A stretch of 64,000 bases of DNA, taken from an uncultured cyanobacterium. GTDB lineage: Bacteria > Cyanobacteriota > Cyanobacteriia > Cyanobacteriales > CAWCAG01. Below, in pieces: positions 18,979 to 29,962 of the stretch; the stretch's first letter is position 1; each line of letters begins with the position of its first letter. The stretch lies in contig CAWDOD010000002.1 of the NCBI GenBank assembly GCA_963803805.1, positions 1,024,001 through 1,088,000 of the forward strand. Direction: 5' to 3'. The translations under genes were made by a program, and so were the position numbers. A model generated the notes under the pieces. It had not been told where the DNA came from and made no database searches. It saw nothing but the letters and a program-made list of their open reading frames with translations.

Positions 18979-21900
18979 TCATCCTTGGAGTTCTTTATCT
19001 ATTTTGAAATCACGCTTTGTTTCAAGGTGAACAATATTTTCATTTGAACTAGTAGAGCCATTTAAAATTCTTTCTGTGAGCTTAGTAATTACAGCTTGTT
19101 GCAATTGGGAGTTTTCAGGTAATACATCTAAAACCTTTTCGACTAGTTTATTAACCTGGTTTTCTTGTTCATTATCAACCCAAACTAAGCGATGGGTTTC
19201 TTGCCCATCAGCGTGAGTTACGGTAAGGCGACGGGCTTCAAACCCAACTCCATTAACCGTTGCTTCTTTTTGTAAGGCTTCAAGATTTTGAAACCGTCTT
19301 ACCAAATCTGCAAGCTTACTCTCAAACTGAGTTACGTCTTTATCTGTCCAAGATTCGGCGGGTTTATCGGCTACAATCATCACTAAAGCTTCTAACCACT
19401 CTTTATCTCCTGGCTTCTGATCAGCAGCAGCTTTAGTAAAACGCCGTAAAGTAGGTTCAAGACAATTTTCGACTAAATAATTAGCTCTAACTCGTAAATC
19501 TTCCCGTAGTTTTTGCTCACCTCGACGAACGCCAAAAGCATTGTATAGTAAACTTTGACAATCATTCAACAAACTATCATAAGCTGTGTGTAATTCACGG
19601 ATAACTTGCCCCAGTTTTGCCCGTAATTTTTTGGCAATTGTGCCATCATCAACCTTCTCTGTACTAATAGCAGGTAAACCACAAGCTTGAGGTAGACTAG
19701 TGAACAAGAGTTCATCTGGTTCTACAGTTTCCTGTAAAGCTTCTAAAACAGCTACGGCTTCTGGACTTAATTGTTGCTTAGTTTGTTTTGTGTATTTAGG
19801 AAGTTTACTGGCAAACTGATACAAAGGTGTAACTACCGTTAGTAGAGTAGCATTACGCAGCTTTCTAGATTTTTTAGCTTTGGGATTGCGTAAAATAGTT
19901 TCTAGTTCTTTAAATACTTGAGATCGCAATCCTACAACTTCAAAATATTTGACTGCAAAACGAGAAGGGTTCTTTAGTAGTAATTCAAAATGCTCTATTC
20001 CTAAAATAGGAACAAAAGTACCATCTTGATAAATCCCAACATCATCAAGATGATATAGCAAGATTGCAGCTAATAAAATAGGAATTACCCCCTGTTTTAC
20101 TCCGTAGGGAGGAGCAGCTAAAATTTCATAAAGTTGAGCTAGGTTTTGAGGTTTATCTTTGGCAGCTAAACAAAACTTTTCAATAGCTTGCCACAATGTT
20201 TCTACGCCTGACTGTTTGCTGGGTGGATAAAAATTCTCTTGTTTATGAATTCCTGTTTCAGCTAAAAGAGAATAATAAATGGTAACTTCGGGACCATATC
20301 CTACTAACCCTAATTTCTCTTGATTAGAACACTCTATCATTGCTTCAATGAGTTGTCGCCTCGCCTTTGCTCCTTGGGAAGTAAGCTCTCTACGATTAAT
20401 TAGCTCATTTTGAATAATGGGAGTCTTGTGATAAATGCGATCACAAAGTTGAGAAAGTTTGGCGTTAAATTCGGTAATGTTATTAATGCTTTCCTGTTGT
20501 CCTTCAAACCAACAAATATTACTTTTAGCTGTTAATTTAAAAGCATTTTGTAGGGTTTCATAAAGTAAGTTTTCTGCTCCTACTAAGCGATAACGTACTT
20601 CTCTTCTTGCCACACCATCAGTTTGCAATTCTGAAGCAGTATTCTGAATTTCTTGCAGTGCTGCATACTCTCTAGTTCGGATACGTAGCAAATCTAATTT
20701 AGCAGCAGACAAGATAACTAAGGGCTTGCTATCAGCAGTAAATTGAGGAACAGAAGTAGGTTGATTATCATCTAGCCAATAAACAATTAATCCGTCACTT
20801 TCAGTATTAGAACAGGATAAATCTTTCAAATTACTAGAACTATCTAAGTAACAACGCTCAAAATAACGTAGAGTTCCTATTTGATAACTATGGCGCTGGA
20901 CTACTAAAGGTTTTAAAGGTCTAATTGAAGATAATAAACTGAATAAAGATGAGGAATTTTTATCACGATATTGTGATAGTTTACTGTCTATATTAAAATC
21001 AGAACCTTGCCAAATACGTAGTTCATTTAACTGACGACGGTGGGTAATTAAACCTTTGTGTAGTAGGTTATCAATGATTTGCTCCCAATATTTACGACTG
21101 TCGCTATCATCTGGACTATCACACATTGCTAAAGTAACTACATTACGGCTTGCCCTAGTTACCCCAGTAATTGTAACTAGGTTTAAGATGCCGATAGTTT
21201 TAAGAACTTTGAGAATATCAGGTTCAAGGTATTTAGCATCAGCAATTAAATCCTGAATTTCCACCCATCTTTGTAGATTAGGACGAGATGCTAACCCTAT
21301 TCCTGCTGCTTCTATAAAATAGTCATAAACTCTATCTAATTTCAAAGAAGGTAGAGCATTTGATTCTACTGTAACTTCTTCTAAAAACTTCTTAAATGAG
21401 TAGGGTTCCGAGCTAGTTAAAAAGGTAAACAGAGAGCGATCATTTTGAGCATAGCGATGACAAAGCGTGGGCAAAACCAAGGCAGTAATAGGATGTAATG
21501 GGTAGACTTTCTCGATTATTTCCCTACTTAATTCTTCGCTAACAAGAAGATTGTTCAGGGTGAAACACCATTCTTGGGCTTGATTATTAATAGCACAAGA
21601 GAGAGCTTCTACGTTTTTCTGATTAATAGCTTGGCCAATTAATCGCATCATTTGTCCTGCTGATTCAGTAAAAGCAATATCCTCAAATCTACCCTGAATC
21701 TTTGCCCATTCGTTGAGTTGAATAGAAGCTAATCTTTGACTATAATCAGCAAAAGCTTGATGAAGTATTCCTAAAATATAAATAGGAGTTTGATGATCTT
21801 TTGGTAGTTCAGCAAGTTGCTGCAATAAATATAAGTCTTCTGCCCCTTGATTATAAGCTGCATATTCTAAGTTTTTACCTAACTCATCAATTATCAAAAA

Positions 21901-22488
21901 TATGCCTGTCTTAGAAACTTTCGCTAGTTCTTGTACTAAAGCAGAAACTTCTTTGCCATCAATCTTATTTCCCCTCTCAATTTCTGCTTCTAAGTCTTGA
22001 ATTCGTGAAACAACTGCTAATTTATCACGCTTTGTAGGAGTCCAATATGTTTCTACTCCTCGAACTAAAGCCCGAATAATTGTCTGACTAACTGGTTCCC
22101 TTTGGGCAACACCAACTGCCTGAATATAACCTTTCGTGGGGATATTTAAGCTTAAAGCAAGATATTCAGAACTTTCTTTACCTAAAGCCGTTGCAGAGAT
22201 TTCTAATGCTAGCGATCGCATCTTGCTTTTTGAAGCTGCACATAAAGAAGCTAGATATAGGGCAAAGGCAGATTTACCAGTGCCATAAACGCTAGTTAAA
22301 GTCCACGCATTACTAGCACCTTCTTCTTGTCCCAGCCCTGGTAAAATGCGTCTTAGAGCATCAACAGACCTTTCAGTAAGGATATATCCTGCTAAGGCAT
22401 CTAATTGTTCTAAATCTCGCTCTAAATTAACCGAACGAGAGTAGCGACGATTGAGGCTGAAATATTGAGAAAGTGCTTTATTAGCCAT
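18979..22488 (-). CDS. Large P-loop ATPase (SspC/BrxC-like)
   Basis: RSVNLERD N-terminus, Walker A SVYGTGKS, Walker B LIIDELGK, W.KIQGRF, YPLHP, AQNDRSLF, PPYGVK; directly follows the DUF4007 gene. Confidence 0.82.
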   Translation of the reverse strand: MANKALSQYFSLNRRYSRSVNLERDLEQLDALAGYILTERSVDALRRILPGLGQEEGASNAWTLTSVYGTGKSAFALYLASLCAASKSKMRSLALEISATALGKESSEYLALSLNIPTKGYIQAVGVAQREPVSQTIIRALVRGVETYWTPTKRDKLAVVSRIQDLEAEIERGNKIDGKEVSALVQELAKVSKTGIFLIIDELGKNLEYAAYNQGAEDLYLLQQLAELPKDHQTPIYILGILHQAFADYSQRLASIQLNEWAKIQGRFEDIAFTESAGQMMRLIGQAINQKNVEALSCAINNQAQEWCFTLNNLLVSEELSREIIEKVYPLHPITALVLPTLCHRYAQNDRSLFTFLTSSEPYSFKKFLEEVTVESNALPSLKLDRVYDYFIEAAGIGLASRPNLQRWVEIQDLIADAKYLEPDILKVLKTIGILNLVTITGVTRASRNVVTLAMCDSPDDSDSRKYWEQIIDNLLHKGLITHRRQLNELRIWQGSDFNIDSKLSQYRDKNSSSLFSLLSSIRPLKPLVVQRHSYQIGTLRYFERCYLDSSSNLKDLSCSNTESDGLIVYWLDDNQPTSVPQFTADSKPLVILSAAKLDLLRIRTREYAALQEIQNTASELQTDGVARREVRYRLVGAENLLYETLQNAFKLTAKSNICWFEGQQESINNITEFNAKLSQLCDRIYHKTPIIQNELINRRELTSQGAKARRQLIEAMIECSNQEKLGLVGYGPEVTIYYSLLAETGIHKQENFYPPSKQSGVETLWQAIEKFCLAAKDKPQNLAQLYEILAAPPYGVKQGVIPILLAAILLYHLDDVGIYQDGTFVPILGIEHFELLLKNPSRFAVKYFEVVGLRSQVFKELETILRNPKAKKSRKLRNATLLTVVTPLYQFASKLPKYTKQTKQQLSPEAVAVLEALQETVEPDELLFTSLPQACGLPAISTEKVDDGTIAKKLRAKLGQVIRELHTAYDSLLNDCQSLLYNAFGVRRGEQKLREDLRVRANYLVENCLEPTLRRFTKAAADQKPGDKEWLEALVMIVADKPAESWTDKDVTQFESKLADLVRRFQNLEALQKEATVNGVGFEARRLTVTHADGQETHRLVWVDNEQENQVNKLVEKVLDVLPENSQLQQAVITKLTERILNGSTSSNENIVHLETKRDFKIDKELQG

Positions 22489-22494
22489 TACGAT

Positions 22495-23430
22495 TTATAC
22501 CCACTGCCTCTGAAGACGATAATACTTATCTAGAATATCGTCTGCTAGTTGTTTTGGATTGCTTTTAAAAGAAAGTTGAATTAATCCTGCCGATTCAGAA
22601 ATATCAAGGAAATCATGAGACTGTGCTACTTTTTCTATAGCCTCACAGAGAACAGTTTCAGAAAGTTTGAATGCCAAACCGGGACTACCTATATCGTATA
22701 AGAGTCTCGATATTGCCACTTCTTCTGCACCTTTACTTGCCCAGCTAGCATATTCTAAGCAAGCCGCAACAATAATTTCGGGGGGTAAATTTGCTTTTGC
22801 CCCAGTTTTGAAACTATAACGTTTACTGCTTCGGGCATTTTGGATAATGCCTAATTGTTGAAAAGGACAATCAATAGAGTCTTCTTTAAAACTTGTTTTG
22901 CTCTCTTGTGAACTATACATCCGTAAAATACAAGAAATATCTTTTTTTAAAGAAGATTCAACTACGGTTTTACCTAAAGTGTTTTGCCATTCACTAATTT
23001 CTGTAAGTAACTCATCTGAAGTGAATTCGAGTTTCTTAGATATAAAAAAAGTAAAATACCAAGCAGCAGCTTCACAGGTTGGTTTAAGTAGATTCCAATG
23101 TAATAACCATAAAGAAGCCGGATCTTCAAGAAATGAATCCCAACCATGTTCACCAAAAAGCTGCTTGCCAAATTCAGTCGGGCGCTCTGCTTCTAAAACC
23201 TTAAAACTTCTGCACCAATAACGAATAGAACGTACCATGTTCTTACCCACTCCTAAACGAATAGGTGCATCTTCCCTTTGAAAGATATTTCCATCTTTTT
23301 CTGCCCAGTCAAATCCTTTTTTTAACCAACTAAAACGAGGATGAAAAGTTTCATGCCGAGCAAAGATAGGCTCTACTGGTGCAATTTCTAGAATATCACT
23401 ATCGGTTTGGGAAACAGTTGATGGGGGCAT
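22495..23430 (-). CDS. DUF4007-family protein (SspB-like)
   Basis: FARHETFHPRFSWLKKG, LGVGKNMVRSIRYW, D.FLED..SLWLLHW. Confidence 0.88.
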   Translation of the reverse strand: MPPSTVSQTDSDILEIAPVEPIFARHETFHPRFSWLKKGFDWAEKDGNIFQREDAPIRLGVGKNMVRSIRYWCRSFKVLEAERPTEFGKQLFGEHGWDSFLEDPASLWLLHWNLLKPTCEAAAWYFTFFISKKLEFTSDELLTEISEWQNTLGKTVVESSLKKDISCILRMYSSQESKTSFKEDSIDCPFQQLGIIQNARSSKRYSFKTGAKANLPPEIIVAACLEYASWASKGAEEVAISRLLYDIGSPGLAFKLSETVLCEAIEKVAQSHDFLDISESAGLIQLSFKSNPKQLADDILDKYYRLQRQWV

Positions 23431-23531
23431 TAAATTATAAGGCGTTCATAACTTAGTACTATGATACTAAATTCTCTCAAGCAAATATTTCTAATGCTTT
23501 CTTTCTTAATTAGAATTAATCTAAAATATTA

Positions 23532-24287
23532 CTACACAGCTAAAAAGCGATCAATTACTTCTTGACTCAACTCGCTTGTGGAACCAGAAGCGACAATTCC
23601 TCCTTTTTGCATCGCGTAATAATAGTCAGCTTGACGGACAAAATGTAAATGCTGTTCTACTAATAAAACCGAAATTCCGGTACTTTCAATAATACGACGT
23701 ACTGCCGCTTCAATTTCTAGGATAATGGAAGGTTGAATCCCTTCTGTAGGTTCATCCAAAACTAATAACTGAGGTTTCCCCATCAAAGCACGGGCGATCG
23801 CAAGTTGTTGTTGTTGCCCACCGCTTAAGTCTCCTCCTCGTCGAGAAAGCATGGTTTTAAGCACAGGAAACAAAGCAAAGATTTCTTCTGGTATTTCTTG
23901 CTTACCTTTCCTGCCTTGAGGGCGGGCTTCTAATCCTAATAATAAATTTTCTTCTACTGTCACGCGAGGAATTATTTCTCTACCTTGAGGTACGTAACCA
24001 ATACCCAATCTTGCTCTTTTATCAGTAGCAAGTTTGTCAATAGGTATGCCGGAAAAACTAATAGTTCCTATACGCTGTTTAAGTAAGCCAATAATTGTTT
24101 TTAATAAGGTTGTTTTTCCCACTCCATTACGGCCAATTAAACAAACCATTTGTCCTTTAGGAACACTTAAATCAACATTACGGAGAATATGACTTTCCCC
24201 ATAATAAACGTTCAATCCCGAAACTTGCAGCATCGGCGCCTGCGAAACTTCATCACTTACTGGAACATCAATATTAGTTTGAGTCAT
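23532..24287 (-). CDS. urtE: Urea ABC transporter ATP-binding protein
   Basis: GRNGVGKT, LSGGQQQQLAIAR, DEPTEGIQPSII; operon context. Confidence 0.95.
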   Translation of the reverse strand: MTQTNIDVPVSDEVSQAPMLQVSGLNVYYGESHILRNVDLSVPKGQMVCLIGRNGVGKTTLLKTIIGLLKQRIGTISFSGIPIDKLATDKRARLGIGYVPQGREIIPRVTVEENLLLGLEARPQGRKGKQEIPEEIFALFPVLKTMLSRRGGDLSGGQQQQLAIARALMGKPQLLVLDEPTEGIQPSIILEIEAAVRRIIESTGISVLLVEQHLHFVRQADYYYAMQKGGIVASGSTSELSQEVIDRFLAV

Positions 24288-24381
24288 TTTATTTGCTATT
24301 TGCTAGTTGCTAATTATTTTTTCCCTGAAGTAGCAAGAAATATACTCTTAAAGCTAATAGCTAATAGCTAACAGCTAATTG

Positions 24382-25128
24382 CTATGTTTCTTCCCCTAAA
24401 TAAACCTCAATTACACGAGGATCATTTTGTACCTCATCCATGTTGCCTTCACAAAGTACTGAACCTTGATGTAAAACGCTTACTTGACGAGCAATTTGTC
24501 GGACAAATTCCATATCATGTTCAATAACAATGATAGAATGACTTTCCGCTAATGCTAATAGTAGTTCCCCCACATTTTCTGTTTCTTCATCAGTCAAACC
24601 AGCAACAGGTTCATCTACTAATAATAAGTCGGGGGATTGAGCAACTAACATTCCTATTTCTAAGCGCTGTTTTTCACCATGGGAAAGTAAGTCTGCGAGT
24701 AAATCAGCTTTGGATGTTAAACCAATAGTTTCCATTAAGCCAGTAACATTACGTTGTTCACTAGCTGAAGGACGACCAAAAAGAGTGCCAAAAACGTTTT
24801 TTTTGCGGTTACAAACTAAATCCAAATTTTCCCTGACTGTTAAGTTTAAAAGCACTCGCGGAGTTTGAAATTTACGACCAATACCTAAGCGAGAAATCTT
24901 ATCTTCTGAAAGCCGTTTTAAGTTGCGCCCTTTAAATAAAACTTGTCCTTCTGTAGGTTGAACTTTTCCAGTAATGACATCTAAAAAAGTAGTTTTTCCC
25001 GCCCCATTAGGACCAATAACCACTCGCAATTCTCCAGTATTTAAAGCAAGATTCAAGTTGTTAAGGGCTTTAAAACCATCAAAGTTAACTGTAAGATTTT
25101 GTATTTCTAAGATTTTTTCATTAGCCAT
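24382..25128 (-). CDS. urtD: Urea ABC transporter ATP-binding protein (likely start MANEKILE)
   Basis: GPNGAGKT, LSHGEKQRLEIGM, DEPVAG. The upstream ORF extension is made of a heptamer repeat. Confidence 0.95.
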   Translation of the reverse strand: MANEKILEIQNLTVNFDGFKALNNLNLALNTGELRVVIGPNGAGKTTFLDVITGKVQPTEGQVLFKGRNLKRLSEDKISRLGIGRKFQTPRVLLNLTVRENLDLVCNRKKNVFGTLFGRPSASEQRNVTGLMETIGLTSKADLLADLLSHGEKQRLEIGMLVAQSPDLLLVDEPVAGLTDEETENVGELLLALAESHSIIVIEHDMEFVRQIARQVSVLHQGSVLCEGNMDEVQNDPRVIEVYLGEET

Positions 25129-25135
25129 TGGAAAT

Positions 25136-25177
25136 AATAAGTAATAAGTAATAAGTAATAAGTAATAAGTAATAGGT
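25136..25177. repeat. Heptamer tandem repeat (AATAAGT)x5 plus one variant
   Basis: Read directly. Related arrays at 26402-26429 (TTACCTA x4) and 27692-27712 (TAATAAG x3). Confidence 0.85.
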
Positions 25178-25238
25178 AACAACTGATAATTATTCATTGA
25201 TGCTTAACGGCAACGGCAAGCCGTACAATGATCATTTA

Positions 25239-26393
25239 TCATTTATCATTTATCATTGATTCCCGTTCTTTTACTACTTCTGGATCTTCTTCTAAACTAG
25301 GATAGGTAAAAGCTTGTTTGCGCCGGAAAAATAGCGATCGCAGCTTTTTAAATAAGCCGACTATACCATCCGGTAAGACGGTAACAACTATTAAAAATAA
25401 TGCCCCTTGGAAAAATAGCCAGATTTCAGGATATTTTTCGCTTAAAAATGTTCTTGCCCAGGTAACTAATAGAGTACCAATTATTGCTCCTACTAAAGTT
25501 CCTCTGCCTCCTACTGCTACCCAAATTACCATTTCAATGGAGAAGGCAACTTCCATGAAACTGGGGGTAATAATTCCTGATTGTACTGTGTATAAAGCCC
25601 CGGAAATTCCGGCGATCGCACCAGAAATAGCAAAGACTAACACCTTGAATCCAGTGGGGTTATAACCAGAAAAACGTACCCGATTTTCATCATCACGGAT
25701 AGCAATCAACATCCTACCAAAACGACCACTAGTTAACCACCGGCAAAATAAGTAAGTAAGCAGAAGTACGAAAATAGTAATTTCATAAAAAGCTATTTGG
25801 GCTGATTGGGAACTAATGACAGCACCAAAGAAAGTTGCTGTATCCGTTTTTAGTCCGTTAGTACCGTTAATTAGTTTTTGTTGACCGTTGAAAAAGTTGA
25901 AAAAGACCAGTAGTGCTGCTTGGGTTAAAATTGAAAAGTAAACCCCTTTAATTCTGTTACGAAATACCAAATAACCCAACAAACCTGCCACAATTGCGGG
26001 GATCAGGAAAATAGCAATTAAGGTGAAAGGAAAAGAGTAAAAAGGTTGCCAGAAAAAAGGCAGCTTATCAACGCCGTATAAACTAAAAAAGTCAGGTAAC
26101 TCTCCAGGGGGAATTTGTAGTTTGAGGTGCATCGCCAAAGCGTAGCCCCCAAGGGCAAAAAAGATGCCATGACCTAAACTAAGCAAGCCAGTATAGCCCC
26201 AAATTAAGTCGATTCCTAAAGCAACTATAGCTAAGGAGAGAAACCTTCCGAACAGTCTCAGGCGAAAATCTCCTAAAACTAAGGGCATTACTACAGCAAG
26301 CAAAAGAAGAGTCGCGACTAGAGCAGCAACTTCAATAGCGAGCCTACGCCGTTTTTTATGCTTAATGTTACGATTGACAAGAGATGTTTCCAC
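25239..26393 (-). CDS. urtC: Urea ABC transporter permease
   Basis: DLIWGYTGLLSLGH, GVYFSILTQA, AIRDDENRVRFSGY, WVAVGGRG. Confidence 0.95.
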   Translation of the reverse strand: METSLVNRNIKHKKRRRLAIEVAALVATLLLLAVVMPLVLGDFRLRLFGRFLSLAIVALGIDLIWGYTGLLSLGHGIFFALGGYALAMHLKLQIPPGELPDFFSLYGVDKLPFFWQPFYSFPFTLIAIFLIPAIVAGLLGYLVFRNRIKGVYFSILTQAALLVFFNFFNGQQKLINGTNGLKTDTATFFGAVISSQSAQIAFYEITIFVLLLTYLFCRWLTSGRFGRMLIAIRDDENRVRFSGYNPTGFKVLVFAISGAIAGISGALYTVQSGIITPSFMEVAFSIEMVIWVAVGGRGTLVGAIIGTLLVTWARTFLSEKYPEIWLFFQGALFLIVVTVLPDGIVGLFKKLRSLFFRRKQAFTYPSLEEDPEVVKERESMINDK

Positions 26394-26426
26394 TTTTCAA
26401 GTTACCTATTACCTATTACCTATTAC

Positions 26427-27596
26427 CTAATTCTCTACCGCACGTCCTTTTTGAGGAAAAATACCGGAAGGTTTTACTTGTAAAAAGGCAATAATTAAAG
26501 CAAAAATCATTACCTTTGCCATACTTGTAGTTGCAAAGAAAGTAAAAAAGTCAGCGATAGGTTTCAATGAATCAGTAGCAGGAAGAAGAAGGGCGATAGT
26601 TCCTGTACCAATCAAATAAGTAATGATACCAATTGCTAAAGCAGCCAAGATTGTTCCGAGTAAATTTCCTACACCACCAACTACCACCACCATGAAAGTA
26701 TCAACAATATAAAGCTGACCAACATTAGGCCCTACCGATCCCAGAAGAGTAATGGCACAACCCGCTATCCCGGCTAAACCAGAGCCTAAAGCAAAGGTGA
26801 TAGCATCTACTTGTTCGGTGGGAATTCCTAAGCAAGCACTCATGGTGCGATTTTGAGTAACAGACCTAATTTTTAGTCCCCAAGTAGTGCCATTCAAAAA
26901 CCAATAGATAGCAGCGACACAAATAATGGTTAGAACAATGATAAATAATCTTGTATAGGCAAATTGCAAACTACCTAAAGATAAGCCCTCTTGTAGCCAT
27001 TTTGGGGCGCTAACATCAACGTTTCTGGTATCAAACCAAGGCTTTGTCCAGGTTTGGCTATCGCTTTTGTTGATTAATATTCCCAGTGCGATCGCAATTC
27101 CCCCGGAGATAGTTAATAGCAAGGCGATCGCTTTATCCTTAATGCTTTGCCAATTACTACGGCGTTTGAGAATAGCAAGTCCCCCCAAAAAAAGTAAACA
27201 AAAGACTCCTAAACAAAGGGCTAACATTCCACTAACACTACGAACAAACTGTCGTAATATCAGGCTAACGCCCCAAGTCGCAAGTAATGTTTCTAATGGT
27301 CTGCCATAAAGGAAGCGGATCACACTTTTTTCTAAAAGTAGCCCTACTATTGCCGCCACGATAAAAGCACAGGGAATAGCAAAGAAAAAGTAGTAATTAT
27401 ATAAAGACTCCGGTAAGTAAGCTTTGAAGGTATTTTGGACTACAAAAGTTGTGTAAGCCCCCAACATCATTAACTCTCCATGGGCGAGGTTAATTACTCC
27501 CATGAGTCCAAAAACAATGGCTAGCCCTAGTGCAGCAAGCAACAGTACAGAACCAATACTGATGCCATCAAAAAGTCCTTGTATTAGTGGTAACAC
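26427..27596 (-). CDS. urtB: Urea ABC transporter permease
   Basis: FGLMGVINLAHGE, LYGRPLETLLATWG, FMVVVVGG, FPQKGR. Confidence 0.95.
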   Translation of the reverse strand: MLPLIQGLFDGISIGSVLLLAALGLAIVFGLMGVINLAHGELMMLGAYTTFVVQNTFKAYLPESLYNYYFFFAIPCAFIVAAIVGLLLEKSVIRFLYGRPLETLLATWGVSLILRQFVRSVSGMLALCLGVFCLLFLGGLAILKRRSNWQSIKDKAIALLLTISGGIAIALGILINKSDSQTWTKPWFDTRNVDVSAPKWLQEGLSLGSLQFAYTRLFIIVLTIICVAAIYWFLNGTTWGLKIRSVTQNRTMSACLGIPTEQVDAITFALGSGLAGIAGCAITLLGSVGPNVGQLYIVDTFMVVVVGGVGNLLGTILAALAIGIITYLIGTGTIALLLPATDSLKPIADFFTFFATTSMAKVMIFALIIAFLQVKPSGIFPQKGRAVEN

Positions 27597-27768
27597 TTCA
27601 GTTAAGGGATTTTAGTTTCAATTTTGGCTTAGATTGTAGAGTAGAATGTGGCTTCCCCTGAAACTGTTCGCAGTAAGCACTTTGGCAAAAGTAATAAGTA
27701 ATAAGTAATAAGTTTTGAATGTAATTTAGTCTGATTACCCATTACCTATTACCCATTACCTGATCCCT

Positions 27769-29091
27769 CTAAGAATCTTCTAACTTATATTTACCACCCT
27801 TTTCTGGATCACTCCAGTCACAACCAAAACCTTTGGTGTCAGGAACATATTGGTTCCAGGGTACAGGATCAACTGGACCTTCACTAGCCCAAACGATTTC
27901 AAATAGACCATCCTCACGTACTTCACCAATTCTTACAGTTTGAGAAATGTGATGATTGGCTTTCATTTCTACTGGTCCTTGAGGTGCGTCAAATGTTTGA
28001 CCAATAGCTGCTTCCCTTACCTTTTCAAGATCGGTAGTACCAGCTTTTTCTACAGCCTGACTCCAGAGATATACCATAATGTAAGCAGATTCCATGGGAT
28101 CGTTGGTTACTCGGTCTTCACCATACTCTTCCTTAAATGCTGCAACAAATTTTTCATTTTCTGGGCTTTCAACGGTTTGGTAATAGTTCCAGGCTGCGTA
28201 GTGACCTTCAAGAAAATCTGTACCGATGGTACGGACTTCTTCTTCGGCGATACTTACTGACATTACAGGATACTTATCTGCTGTAAGGCCGGCACTCTTC
28301 ATTTGTTTAAAGAAGGCTACGTTACTGTCCCCATTGAGGCTATTAAAGATTACGCCACCATCAGGTAAAGCTTGTTTGATTTTGGTAATAATTGGGGTAA
28401 CTTCGGTATTGCCTAAAGGTAAATAATCTTCCCCAACTGTTTCACCATCTTTCGCTTTAAGCTGTTCTTTAATAATTGTATTAGCAGTACGAGGGAAAAC
28501 GTAGTCAGAACCCACTAGGAAAAACTCTTTGCCCTTGTTTTCCAATAACCAATCTACCGCAGGTTCAATTTGTTGATTAGGTGCTGCCCCAGTGTAGAAG
28601 ATATTTTTAGAGCATTCTTGCCCTTCATACTGTACTGGATACCAAAGCATATGGTCTTTGGACTCAAAAACATCTAATACTGCTTTACGGCTAGCAGAAG
28701 TCCAACAACCAAACACCGTTACAACTTCATCTTGATCAATTAACTTAGTCGCTTTTTCTGCAAAGGTTGGCCAATCAGAAGCCCCATCTTCCTGGATGGC
28801 TTCAATTTGCTTACCTAAAACTCCCCCAGCTTCATTAATTTCTTTAATAGCTAGCATTTCCGCGTCTACTACAGTAGTTTCGCTAATAGCCATTGTGCCG
28901 CTAAGGGAGTGGAGAATACCAACTTTAATTGTCTCACCATCCCCGGCAGAAGTTGATGCTTCTGAACCTTCAGTTTCCTCAGTCCCTTCAGGTGCTTCTT
29001 CTGCGTCACCACAAGCTTTTAGCAATAAACTAGTTCCCAAAGCTGCGGAGCCATAAAACAAGAATTTCCGTCTTCCTAATCGTCCTACCAT
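27769..29091 (-). CDS. urtA: Urea ABC transporter substrate-binding protein
   Basis: Twin-Arg/lipobox leader; [40 protein letters not shown]. Confidence 0.96.
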   Translation of the reverse strand: MVGRLGRRKFLFYGSAALGTSLLLKACGDAEEAPEGTEETEGSEASTSAGDGETIKVGILHSLSGTMAISETTVVDAEMLAIKEINEAGGVLGKQIEAIQEDGASDWPTFAEKATKLIDQDEVVTVFGCWTSASRKAVLDVFESKDHMLWYPVQYEGQECSKNIFYTGAAPNQQIEPAVDWLLENKGKEFFLVGSDYVFPRTANTIIKEQLKAKDGETVGEDYLPLGNTEVTPIITKIKQALPDGGVIFNSLNGDSNVAFFKQMKSAGLTADKYPVMSVSIAEEEVRTIGTDFLEGHYAAWNYYQTVESPENEKFVAAFKEEYGEDRVTNDPMESAYIMVYLWSQAVEKAGTTDLEKVREAAIGQTFDAPQGPVEMKANHHISQTVRIGEVREDGLFEIVWASEGPVDPVPWNQYVPDTKGFGCDWSDPEKGGKYKLEDS

Positions 29092-29178
29092 AATCTATCT
29101 CTTGTGTAATTGTACTTGTAACCGACTACTTTTCTTGTGAGGAGGAAAATACAGGGTTAATAGGTGGTTAAGCTTTGT

Positions 29179-29222
29179 ATGTTAATGTTTGTTCTGGGAA
29201 GTGTTTTGTAGCCTCGGATACA
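29179..29222 (-). promoter_or_regulatory. NtcA-activated promoter of urtABCDE
   Basis: Perfect GTA-N8-TAC at 29208-29221 (tGTAgcctcggaTACa), 23 nt, then minus-strand -10 TAACAT (29184-29179). Confidence 0.85.
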
Positions 29223-29282
29223 AATTATCGCGTTTTTATTTGAGGTAAGTAATAAGTAATAAGTTAGGAATCTACTACTGTC

Positions 29283-29882
29283 TTAGCTAATTAAATGTAA
29301 TTTGATGAAATTTTCGATTTCGGTTAAACCTTGCTTCGTCTTCAAGTTAGTAAATACAAAAGGTTTTTCCCCTCGCATTTTCTTGGCATCCCTATCCATA
29401 ACAGTTAAATCTGCTCCTACTAAAGGGGCGAGATCGATTTTATTAATCACTAAAAGATCCGACTTGGTAATGCCTGGCCCCCCTTTACGGGGAATTTTAT
29501 CTCCTGCGGCGACATCAATAACATAAATAGTCAAATCCACAAGTTCAGGACTAAAAGTTGCCGCCAGGTTATCGCCGCCACTTTCGAGAAAAACTAGGTC
29601 TAAGTTTTTAAAAACTGTTTCTAGGTTTTCAATAGCACTCAAATTAAGAGAAGCATCTTCACGAATGGCTGTATGGGGACAACCTCCTGTTTCCACTCCT
29701 AGTATGCGATCGCTCTCTAAAGCTTGGGAACGTACTAAAAATTGGGCATCTTCTTGGGTATAAATATCATTAGTTACCACAGCAATTTGATAAGCCCCGC
29801 GCATTGCTTTACAAAGGGCATCTAACAAAGCTGTTTTACCTGATCCCACAGGACCAGCAATACCAATACGAAATGCTGTCAT
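29283..29882 (-). CDS. ureG: Urease accessory GTPase
   Basis: [32 protein letters not shown]. Confidence 0.97.
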   Translation of the reverse strand: MTAFRIGIAGPVGSGKTALLDALCKAMRGAYQIAVVTNDIYTQEDAQFLVRSQALESDRILGVETGGCPHTAIREDASLNLSAIENLETVFKNLDLVFLESGGDNLAATFSPELVDLTIYVIDVAAGDKIPRKGGPGITKSDLLVINKIDLAPLVGADLTVMDRDAKKMRGEKPFVFTNLKTKQGLTEIENFIKLHLIS

Positions 29883-29962
29883 GTATGGTTGTGATTAAAA
29901 TGATGTGTAGTTTGGGTTACTGGTTTTTGCTAATTGCTAATTGTCAAAATACCAGATGCTTT

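Noticed and set aside
9451-23430. Calling the island a canonical DndABCDE or complete BREX system
   Set aside because: No DndB/D/E, PglZ, PglX or BrxL was recognised; the composition fits SspABCD-like genes with different partners.
23431-23531. Right-hand att site for the defence island
   Set aside because: No copy of the priA 30-mer or other convincing repeat was found, and no integrase is present; only a short TTAGTA/TACTAA palindrome.
25129-25197. N-terminal extension of UrtD (MNNYQLLPITYYLLLITYYLL)
   Set aside because: It is the translation of the AATAAGT heptamer array; the likely start is 25128.
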